From IMG/VR virus record IMGVR_UViG_3300050119_000088, positions 47,972-111,971 of that record: 64,000 nt of DNA, one strand, 5' to 3'. Source of the DNA: a virus. Taxonomy: Duplodnaviria > Caudoviricetes. A program made the position numbers and the translations under genes. Below are positions 36,532 to 44,235 of the stretch, piece after piece. How positions within the stretch are numbered: the stretch's first letter is position 1; every line of letters starts with the position of its first letter. The notes beneath the pieces were generated by a model. It saw nothing but the letters and a program-made list of their open reading frames with translations. It ran no database searches and had not been told where the DNA came from.

Positions 36532-36968
36532 GCGTCACGAGCTTCTTCCAATTTCGCTTCGTTCAAGCAGTTGGCTGTCATGACTCCGTTCACAATGCGA
36601 CGCTGCTCAACGTCACTGAATCCAGCTTCAGTCAGCTCTTTTTCAAAGTTGGTCCATGTACTTGGATCAGACAGCTTGATGGTATCGAATTCGAGACCTT
36701 CGGTTGCTGAAAGTGATTTGATGAACATCCATCGGCTTCGATTGGATGCCCATTCATCCATTGCGGCTTTGTAGCCTGGATCTTCAACATCGATAATCTT
36801 CTTGCCACCCTTCATAAGTTTGACTGGTGGCTTCGGTGTAGGACAAAGCTTGTCAAAATCATCGTAGGACAAGACAGCTTCGGCCTTGAGAACGATCATT
36901 TTATCCCCTCGGGGAATATAGATCGTTTCAATATTCGGACCTTGGATAGTTTCGCCGTTGATCTTCAA
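36432..36968 (-). CDS. Tail assembly chaperone (G-like)
   Basis: Between tail tube and tape measure genes; contains a slippery site. Confidence 0.75.
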   Translation of the reverse strand: MKINGETIQGPNIETIYIPRGDKMIVLKAEAVLSYDDFDKLCPTPKPPVKLMKGGKKIIDVEDPGYKAAMDEWASNRSRWMFIKSLSATEGLEFDTIKLSDPSTWTNFEKELTEAGFSDVEQRRIVNGVMTANCLNEAKLEEARDAFLLSQQEPQDQSSSPADELQITPSGELAKDSE

Positions 36969-36998
36969 TGTCAGTCCTTCTAAAAGGAGCCTCGGAAT

Positions 36999-37430
36999 AT
37001 GAAATCACTCTCGTGCTGTCACAAGGTTGCACTTGCTTGGACAATCGATGGCGAAGGTTGTATTGACTTACAACCAAACGTAAAGTGTATTGCAACCTGT
37101 ACGTGTCAATTGCGTGTTGTTGTCTCTAATACAAATATTGAATTTCTTAAACGATTACAATATACAACAGGTCTCGGAAGTATTGAACCTGATGGTTCCA
37201 AGAAAACTGGACAGAAGCAATCATACTTGTGGCGACTTAATTATCCAGAGATGAAAGAATTTCTAGAAGCAATTCAACCATATCTGGAAAATAAATGGCA
37301 TCAATGCTATATTCTTCTTGAATGGCTTAATAGAGGATGGGAAACTCCATTGTCTGAAGCTGATCTTCAATTTAGAAGAACAAGCCTCAGTGCAATCCGA
37401 GAATATAATCAAAAAGGAACCATTGATTGA
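36999..37430 (+). mobile_element. Free-standing LAGLIDADG endonuclease (copy 4), antisense, flanked by a 27-bp direct repeat
   Basis: LAWTIDGEGCI; repeat at 36942-36968 and 37427-37453 with one mismatch; AAGGAG RBS. Confidence 0.9.
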
Positions 37431-37484
37431 ATAGTTTCGCCGTTGATCTTCAAGATCATTCTCCTACTGCAAGGATATTTGGTA

Positions 37485-37967
37485 CTATTGTGCAACACGA
37501 GCGACAAGAGCTTGTGTAGAGTTGCACGTACCTTTACAATCCACAGTACCATCTTTCGCATTGTGTGCGAGTTCGTCATAATGGAACTGTGGAAATACGA
37601 TGACTTCTTCTTCTATTGTGATGCACGGTGGAATAAATACGAGTTCGATATTGACGCAGTATGGAGCATAAGTATCGGTTGAAGCAGATACCCAGCCTGC
37701 GGCGTTGTTACGGCGTTTGAGAGCGTCTTCAACAGTTATGATGCCAGGAAGAGCAGCCGTGATGAATTCCCAAATGAATGCAAAGTTAACATCCATTTGA
37801 ACATCTTCACCTTGCCTGACAGTCGATAACGTGCCACGATCTTTGACAAAGAGAATAGTACGCTTTTCAGTGTACTGTAAATTCCCTTCACCAATCTTCA
37901 CAGTGATGTAGTTACTGCCACCATCACGGATTGTGATGGTGGCATTCTTCAAATTGAAGTATGGCAA
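37485..37967 (-). CDS. Tail tube protein paralog 2
   Basis: Clear paralog of 37969-38685 (RDG, VKIGEG.LQYTEK, WEFI, PYC, CKG.CN). Confidence 0.7.
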   Translation of the reverse strand: MPYFNLKNATITIRDGGSNYITVKIGEGNLQYTEKRTILFVKDRGTLSTVRQGEDVQMDVNFAFIWEFITAALPGIITVEDALKRRNNAAGWVSASTDTYAPYCVNIELVFIPPCITIEEEVIVFPQFHYDELAHNAKDGTVDCKGTCNSTQALVARVAQ

Positions 37968-37968
37968 A

Positions 37969-38685
37969 TCAACCTCGCGTGATGACCGCTTCGTTGATGT
38001 TGCACTGACCTTTGCAAGCGATCTTCGCGTCCTTGGAGTTGTGGTCGAGCGAGTCGTACCGGAACTGCTCGAAAGCGAACGTCTCGTTCGGAATCGCCGG
38101 ACATGGCGGGTTGTAGATCAGGATGATGTCGATGCAGTACGGCTGACACGGATCGGGCGAGGAACTGAGCCAGTTGGCCGCATTGCCGATGTTCTTGAGG
38201 CACTCTTCGGGCAGCGGCGGACTGTCCACGAGGGAACTGATGAATTCCCACGTAAAATCGAACGTGAGATCCATCGTCTCGTCATCATCGGTGATGACAC
38301 CATCCAGGACGCCTTGGTTCCGAATGTATTTGTACTTCTTCTTCTCGGTGTACTGGAGCGTACCTTCGCCGATCTTCACACGAATGAAGTTCGGTCCGAT
38401 TGTGGCGACAGCGGTTCCGCCCGGAATGCCCAGAGCCGTAGAGAGCGGCGGTGTGAAAGTGATTGCCGTGGGTGTCGAACCGCCAGTAACGGCGGTAACA
38501 GTGTACGTGCCGGTTGATCCCACGAAGCTGACTGTCGAACCGATTGGGATAGCGGCACTGAAACCGTTGACTGTGACGTGCGTATCACCATTAGCGGGAG
38601 CGGCTCCCGATTGGTTGATCGCACCAACAACCCGCGTGCCATCACGCATTTGAACGATCGCATACCTCAAATCAAACTGCGGCAT
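37969..38685 (-). CDS. Major tail tube protein paralog 1 with inserted beta domain
   Basis: Position after the tail terminator; strong codon bias; ~80-aa Thr/Gly-rich insertion. Confidence 0.75.
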   Translation of the reverse strand: MPQFDLRYAIVQMRDGTRVVGAINQSGAAPANGDTHVTVNGFSAAIPIGSTVSFVGSTGTYTVTAVTGGSTPTAITFTPPLSTALGIPGGTAVATIGPNFIRVKIGEGTLQYTEKKKYKYIRNQGVLDGVITDDDETMDLTFDFTWEFISSLVDSPPLPEECLKNIGNAANWLSSSPDPCQPYCIDIILIYNPPCPAIPNETFAFEQFRYDSLDHNSKDAKIACKGQCNINEAVITRG

Positions 38686-38695
38686 CTTGTTTCCC

Positions 38696-39166
38696 TTAGA
38701 TTTGAAGGGTCATTCGATATTTCGATTCGACCGTTGATTGCATCATCTGACTGTCGGGTGATATTTTGCCGAAGTTTGAAATTTCTATTAGATCCCTGGC
38801 TGTTGTATATGGTGTCATACATTCCAGATATACTGGATTGCTAAGATCACCATCGCCAAGCTGATAAATAGGAATTTGTGTAAACAATCCGGCTACTTGC
38901 CCGGTTAGACGTTGTTGTAAATATAGATCATTGTCATTAATATAAGTGACGATCAGAATATTGACCTCACTTGTGAGTTCCCAATAACCTTCCGTATACT
39001 CTCGCATATACGGACCATCCATGCGAAATTCTAAATAAGACTGCAACGCTGATGTATTTCGATCTTGCCCTTCAATAAATAAAGGTGTCGGTGCTAATGC
39101 AGTTGTGAAGTACGTTGCTGTGCTGGCAAGTATCCAGCGTGCCCAATCTGGATTTGGTGCACTCAA
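38696..39166 (-). CDS. Putative tail terminator
   Basis: Size and position just upstream of the tail tube. Confidence 0.55.
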   Translation of the reverse strand: MSAPNPDWARWILASTATYFTTALAPTPLFIEGQDRNTSALQSYLEFRMDGPYMREYTEGYWELTSEVNILIVTYINDNDLYLQQRLTGQVAGLFTQIPIYQLGDGDLSNPVYLECMTPYTTARDLIEISNFGKISPDSQMMQSTVESKYRMTLQI

Positions 39167-39723
39167 GTTTCACCTCCTGCAACATCAATGAAATCTAAAG
39201 TTTCAGAGATACCTTGTGTATGGGCAGTTGTGGCCACGTTTGTATCTCGGAAAACAAGAAGATCGTTGATTGCAAGAGTCTGAACCTCACCAGGAGGGGC
39301 TCCAGCGGTTTCTTTGATGACCAGCCAATAGACAAGATCCATTTCGAAGCTATCGATTTCCTTTACCTGATACCTTTGATGGTTGATAACAATATAATCA
39401 GTTAACATCAAAGTAGTAAACTCGCCACTTAGATCCTTACGGTCAATAACAAGATCCCGGAGGGTTTGATCATAATAACCTCCGTAAGTAAAATCTTTGT
39501 TATTGACCAAATAGGCGAGTCGGTATTGGAAATCAGTAGTAGACCTTCCAGGCAGTAAGACTGCTCTTAATAAGCTGAGTTTGCTCTTGGTAACAGTCTT
39601 CTTGCCTGTGACGAGATCGTACCCCTCGGAATCTTGGCGATAGATATCTATCGGTTGACCATAGCTCCTTTTGAGGCGGTACACTGCCCCTCTTTGGAAC
39701 CTAAGGCGATTGCGAGGGGTCAT
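39163..39723 (-). CDS. Putative head closure protein with C-terminal repeat extension
   Basis: G......YD..TG pattern, DYIVIN..RYQV; position. Confidence 0.58.
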   Translation of the reverse strand: MTPRNRLRFQRGAVYRLKRSYGQPIDIYRQDSEGYDLVTGKKTVTKSKLSLLRAVLLPGRSTTDFQYRLAYLVNNKDFTYGGYYDQTLRDLVIDRKDLSGEFTTLMLTDYIVINHQRYQVKEIDSFEMDLVYWLVIKETAGAPPGEVQTLAINDLLVFRDTNVATTAHTQGISETLDFIDVAGGET

Positions 39724-39726
39724 CCG

Positions 39727-40083
39727 TTAGGACCTCGGGTTGTGGCTAGAAATCTCCGCTCTCAGGGTCTTAAATTCCGTTGTCATATCCTTTGACACAC
39801 TAAGATGTTCATCCATGACTTTGCGGAATTGTTCCTGAAAATACTTCTGTTGTTCACTTGATTGTGTAATCATGGCATTGACTTGGGCCGTATGAGCAAG
39901 ACGCATTTCTGTGAAGATTGCGTTGCTCTGAACCTGCAATGCCTTGATGACTTCATCTCGCTTTCCCAATTCCTTGAGAAAGATAATGATTGAGGCAAAC
40001 AGCACCACAACGCTGCCGCCCGCAGAAACCATTTTGAGAATCTCAGTCTCCATTATGCGAGCCTCCGTTTCTGGAGAGTACAT
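39727..40083 (-). CDS. Single-TM coiled-coil membrane protein (possible holin-like)
   Basis: GGSVVVLFASIIIFL followed by a coiled coil. Confidence 0.5.
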   Translation of the reverse strand: MYSPETEARIMETEILKMVSAGGSVVVLFASIIIFLKELGKRDEVIKALQVQSNAIFTEMRLAHTAQVNAMITQSSEQQKYFQEQFRKVMDEHLSVSKDMTTEFKTLRAEISSHNPRS

Positions 40084-40588
40084 CTCGCATTTCGGCGACT
40101 GTCTCTTTTGCTGTTGGCGATCCGACTTGATGCAATCTATCTAGAACATTCTCAACTTGAAACAGCTTTGAACGCATGGCTGCATTCTCAATCTTCAATC
40201 TCGTCTCGGAATCTTGAGCAACTGTCTTGGCAGATTTTTCGTGATGAAGATCAGTGATCAATGTTTCACGAGAAGTCATGTCCAAGATTCGAAGAATCAG
40301 TTGTGGAAGATGCAAGAACAAGATCAATAACATGAATGCAGTGAGCATATCAACGGCTGTGCAGAATCGAGGATATTCGTACCACTTCTGAAAGAACACG
40401 ATTGTAATCTTCTTCACTCCGAGGAGTGTGATTGTACCAATCAGTAGTCTCAGAACCGGGTCAGAAACACCACGTTCTTTCTTGTGGAGAAAATAGATCA
40501 GCATCGCCGGAATCAGGACCAATAGCAGCCCTGAGAGCATGTTGGAGATATGAAATCCCAACATCCAAAATGTATCAGTCACCCGCAA
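40043..40588 (-). CDS. 3-TM membrane protein resembling an ethylene-receptor sensor domain, plus coiled coil
   Basis: HISN...IPAMLIYFLHKK...LTA...SRETL pattern. Confidence 0.55.
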   Translation of the reverse strand: MRVTDTFWMLGFHISNMLSGLLLVLIPAMLIYFLHKKERGVSDPVLRLLIGTITLLGVKKITIVFFQKWYEYPRFCTAVDMLTAFMLLILFLHLPQLILRILDMTSRETLITDLHHEKSAKTVAQDSETRLKIENAAMRSKLFQVENVLDRLHQVGSPTAKETVAEMRDVLSRNGGSHNGD

Positions 40589-40634
40589 CTCCGATTACCG
40601 GGAGCCAATTCTCCCGGCCCACACCATTGTGAAT

Positions 40635-40658
40635 GTTTGGAACGACATTGTTCCAAAC
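40635..40658 (-). terminator. Hairpin directly after the capsid gene
   Basis: GTTTGGAAC-gacatt-GTTCCAAAC; weak U-tract. Confidence 0.45.
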
Positions 40659-40664
40659 TCGGAA

Positions 40665-42065
40665 TCAACCATACATGACAGCTCCGAGGAGCTGATCGAG
40701 AACCTTGACACCCATCAGGGTATCCAGGGTCACGAGTGTGCCCTGCATGTTACCGTCATACGTGAAGGTAACACGCATGCTCATGTTGTTGAAGTTGGCC
40801 ACGCCGGAACGGGCACCAGTTCCAGTCATCGGCAACGCCAAGGGGCGATTGACGAGAGCGATAGCGTTCTTGTGGAAGGCCAGATTGTACGATCCAGCCG
40901 GGCCGATGTTGACCGCTTCGCCGGAAGTGACGGTCTCTTCGAGCGGACGATCGAGCAGCATTCCGCCCTGAGTGGGATCATAGTCGATCACACCGTAGAT
41001 GCTTCCGGCACCGGCGACGGTTCCGAAAGTCACCGGAGCACCGATCGGGACAGCGACCGTGGTCGAAATGTACTTCGCCCATCCGAGAGCGTAGGCCGCT
41101 GTCGTCGTGGTCGGAGAGTAGACCGTGATGACAGCATTATCGGCGACCGGATTGGTGAGCCCACGATTGGCCACCATGCCAACAGGAGTAGCTCCGCCAC
41201 TGCTTGAGACAAGCCGAAGCGGAGTACCGTCGCCAGCGATAGTGAACCAGGAATTGCTCGAAAGAGCAGCGGAGAGTCCGTCAACGACCAGCGAATTGGC
41301 ACCGGCCGCATATCCGTCAGTCAGGTTGACGGTTCCAGTGACGGTGGGCGACGCGAGGCCGGGAACATAGGGTGTGTTCTGAGCCATGAAGATATCGAAG
41401 CCGTATTTACGGCCGAGCGATGCTTCGCGGAGAGCAGTACCATCGTCACCGACGCTGTACGCCTGGATGAACTTGGAGTCACGAAGCAGCTCGGTTTCGC
41501 TTCGTGTTCCGAGGATGAGACGACGATTCGTCTCATACGCCTTGTTGATGTTCATCGTCTGGCGAGTGTCCAGCAGATAATCATCGGCGTTCATGCCGGT
41601 GAGCATTCCGAGCTGTCCACCGCTGTTCGGAAGGAACTGGTGAACCTGAGCGAGGAGGATCTGATCGATTGTGCGAGCAACCGACAACATACCAGGCCAG
41701 AGGTACTCAGTAATCAGATCCTTGAAACTCTTGGACTGGTCGGCATCCTTGATCATGAACGACGTGTGGATGTGCTGATTCAGCACAACCGGGATGTTCG
41801 TCGCTGTGGTGGCCTGAACGGTGACGGAATCGGCCGATGTCTTACGCATCGCCTTGAATTCGCCCGGCTTACGGGTGTTCACGGTATCGCCGTAAGACGC
41901 GATGACGGTCGAGAAGTCTCGGTGAACCAAGTTCCCGATAACCATATTCTCTTCGAGGATGGCGATTGACTCATTCGCCCAGAGTTCCGGGATGTAGGCA
42001 TCCGGGAAATCGTCATAAAAGCTATTGGACGCAACCGCAGCAATCAGACGCAGCGTGGGGAACAT
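40665..42065 (-). CDS. Major capsid protein (P22 coat-like) with inserted domain
   Basis: IPELWA, LVHRDF, YGDTVN, LGRKYGFDI, NLAFHKNAIALV.RPL, D.LMGVK.L. Confidence 0.92.
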   Translation of the reverse strand: MFPTLRLIAAVASNSFYDDFPDAYIPELWANESIAILEENMVIGNLVHRDFSTVIASYGDTVNTRKPGEFKAMRKTSADSVTVQATTATNIPVVLNQHIHTSFMIKDADQSKSFKDLITEYLWPGMLSVARTIDQILLAQVHQFLPNSGGQLGMLTGMNADDYLLDTRQTMNINKAYETNRRLILGTRSETELLRDSKFIQAYSVGDDGTALREASLGRKYGFDIFMAQNTPYVPGLASPTVTGTVNLTDGYAAGANSLVVDGLSAALSSNSWFTIAGDGTPLRLVSSSGGATPVGMVANRGLTNPVADNAVITVYSPTTTTAAYALGWAKYISTTVAVPIGAPVTFGTVAGAGSIYGVIDYDPTQGGMLLDRPLEETVTSGEAVNIGPAGSYNLAFHKNAIALVNRPLALPMTGTGARSGVANFNNMSMRVTFTYDGNMQGTLVTLDTLMGVKVLDQLLGAVMYG

Positions 42066-42147
42066 TATTATCTAACTCGGTAGGGGTTGATTTTGACAAG
42101 CGTCACACAAACCCCTGCATTTTAAAGCCAGCAGGTTAGCTTATCGC

Positions 42148-43026
42148 TCAGTTGGACTTGGCGGCTGTCTTTTCTTTCTTCTTCTGTTCAGACCGCCACT
42201 TCATGTAGGCATCGGTATCGGTGGGAGGAGCACCATTGCCAGATGTCTTTGAAGTACGGCTGCCAGAACCGCCCAATCCACCAGAAGCACCCGAGAAAAA
42301 CAGAGGAGCATGCTCTTCCATCTCGGTCATCTGTTTCACGGCCTCGGTCACCGAGAATTCCAGAAGCACGAGTTTGCCATCCTTGTCGGGAACTGAAAGC
42401 TTGACCTTAGGAATCAGCCTTCCTGTTGGTGTCGTTCCATCTTCACCAACTTCGTCAACGAGTCTTGTGTCAGGTGCCAAGATCCGCAGAATGTGAAGGG
42501 GATTATAAGCCTTGTGAATGTTCGCGGCTTTGACAATCTCACCTTCGATTTTCTCGCTCTTGTATGTATCCTGCCACTTCTTTGCATCGGCCTCAGCAAG
42601 ATCAGCCCGCTTCTCAGCAGCGGTCTGTTTCTTCTTGGATTCTTTTTGTGTCAGTTCGTCCTTGGTTGCGTAGTCGTTCTTCAGGGTCTCGATTCGATCT
42701 TCAAGAGCAGCCTTCTCAGCGACAGTGGTTCCAACCCGAGTCTTTTGAGTCTCGAGCTGGAGAATAAGATCGTCATTCTTGGCTTTACCCTTGCGTCGCT
42801 CCTCAGCAAGAACAGTATTCATGTGTTCTTGCTGCTCTTTTGTGAAGGTCGGAGCAGTCTTCTTGTTTGCAGCGGCAGCCGCAGCGGCAGCAGCGGCAGC
42901 TTCAGGGTCAGCTTTGGCAGCTTCAGCAGCGGCAGCCGCAGCAGTAGCGGCAGCAGCTTCAGCTTCCGAAGCCTCATCGTAGAAGCTCAGAGAAGCAATA
43001 GCCTTGATCATCGAGAAGCGATACAT
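42148..43026 (-). CDS. Capsid scaffolding protein
   Basis: Directly upstream of the capsid gene; Ala-rich then coiled coil, FTKEQ, LF..GASGG.G; start revised by AAGGA RBS. Confidence 0.8.
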   Translation of the reverse strand: MYRFSMIKAIASLSFYDEASEAEAAAATAAAAAAEAAKADPEAAAAAAAAAAANKKTAPTFTKEQQEHMNTVLAEERRKGKAKNDDLILQLETQKTRVGTTVAEKAALEDRIETLKNDYATKDELTQKESKKKQTAAEKRADLAEADAKKWQDTYKSEKIEGEIVKAANIHKAYNPLHILRILAPDTRLVDEVGEDGTTPTGRLIPKVKLSVPDKDGKLVLLEFSVTEAVKQMTEMEEHAPLFFSGASGGLGGSGSRTSKTSGNGAPPTDTDAYMKWRSEQKKKEKTAAKSN

Positions 43027-43092
43027 AGAAGTTTCCTTTGCCCCTAAGAAATCCCGCTTAGGTTCGGTGCTTGATTTTACCAAGCAATAGGA

Positions 43093-43890
43093 TCAACAAC
43101 GCACTAACTGAATTGCATACGGGTCAGCTAAGTAAGGCAACAGATACGTCCATGCGATTGCCGAAGCAATACCTGCCCGCGTGTGGTCATTATTGACAAG
43201 AGCTGAATAACCGGTTCTTAAGGTCGAATACTTGTCATCCGAGACTCGAAGTCCAGGAATCTCGAATTCAAGATCAAGACCGTCAAGTAATGTAAGAGCA
43301 ATTTCGCAACATGCAATTTTGATATTGTTTGGGATGTTAACAAGATTCGCCGGCAGTTGTCGATCCCAATAAGTGATGTAGCGAGGAAATTCGTTTGCTT
43401 GTGACCATACAACTTTAGTGCCTAGGAAAGCTAAATTATCAATTGATCGAGAAGCTGTAATAAGAGCCTTTGTCTGATCTGTAGGCGTAGCTAGATCCCA
43501 AGCTTGAGTATTTAGCCGAGTATCGAAATATGTTTGGGCACCAGCAAGAGTGACATATGATCCTGAAATCAGAACAATATCATAAGTCTGAATCTGGCCT
43601 TGAATCTCGGCAGTAACGAGCTGAAGTTCGGTTTGAATCTCTGTATCAAGATCCGCTGTGAAGTCTTCAACTGCAAGAATGATTCCATTAGCATCCCATT
43701 TGATTACACCGGACCACGAATCGTCCCAAGGTGTAACTGAAACGGAATAAATTGCAGATGTACCTTCTTCAGCGATTCCTAAAACTGTATGCCCAACAAG
43801 AGTATTGCCTGTAGAATCCAGGATCAAAAATCCTAGTGTTCCAGTTAGGCCAGTTTGTAGGAGATTCGTCACGAAGATACGTGTTGACAT
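43093..43890 (-). CDS. Head-tail adaptor (DnaT-like family) with extra N-terminal domain
   Basis: SYVTLAGAQTYFDTR, ALITASRSID, F.G, EFPR, IP..IK.A.CE.A. Confidence 0.78.
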   Translation of the reverse strand: MSTRIFVTNLLQTGLTGTLGFLILDSTGNTLVGHTVLGIAEEGTSAIYSVSVTPWDDSWSGVIKWDANGIILAVEDFTADLDTEIQTELQLVTAEIQGQIQTYDIVLISGSYVTLAGAQTYFDTRLNTQAWDLATPTDQTKALITASRSIDNLAFLGTKVVWSQANEFPRYITYWDRQLPANLVNIPNNIKIACCEIALTLLDGLDLEFEIPGLRVSDDKYSTLRTGYSALVNNDHTRAGIASAIAWTYLLPYLADPYAIQLVRC

Positions 43891-43899
43891 TGTGTTCTC

Positions 43900-44235
43900 T
43901 TAGGTAGCAAGCTGATCACCGGCAACGTTGATTCCGAGAGCTGTTGCAACTGTTGGATTCTGTTGTAATAAATATGCGATCGCAAGACACATGAGTTTTT
44001 GTTGTTGTGCTGTTGTCAAGGCTTGAATATCTGTGTAGATTGCAGCAATCGGTCTTTGTGCTCTTGGTGCATCAATATAAGCTTTGGCAAGAGCATTTGC
44101 TTGTGTTTGTTGTAGTGGTGTTGATCCTGCAACCAAAGTAATGGCAAATGTACCATCACCATTGTCCGAAACACATTGGACAGGTATACCTGCTGCAACA
44201 AGTTGTGCTGTAAGTCCTTGAACTGGATAACTCAA
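43900..44235 (-). CDS. Hypothetical fibre-associated protein
   Basis: Small gene coupled to a fibre gene. Confidence 0.55.
   Translation of the reverse strand: MSYPVQGLTAQLVAAGIPVQCVSDNGDGTFAITLVAGSTPLQQTQANALAKAYIDAPRAQRPIAAIYTDIQALTTAQQQKLMCLAIAYLLQQNPTVATALGINVAGDQLAT

Noticed and set aside
42880-42965. GCA/GCG repeat as a DNA-level element
   Set aside because: Explained by the poly-Ala linker of the scaffold protein
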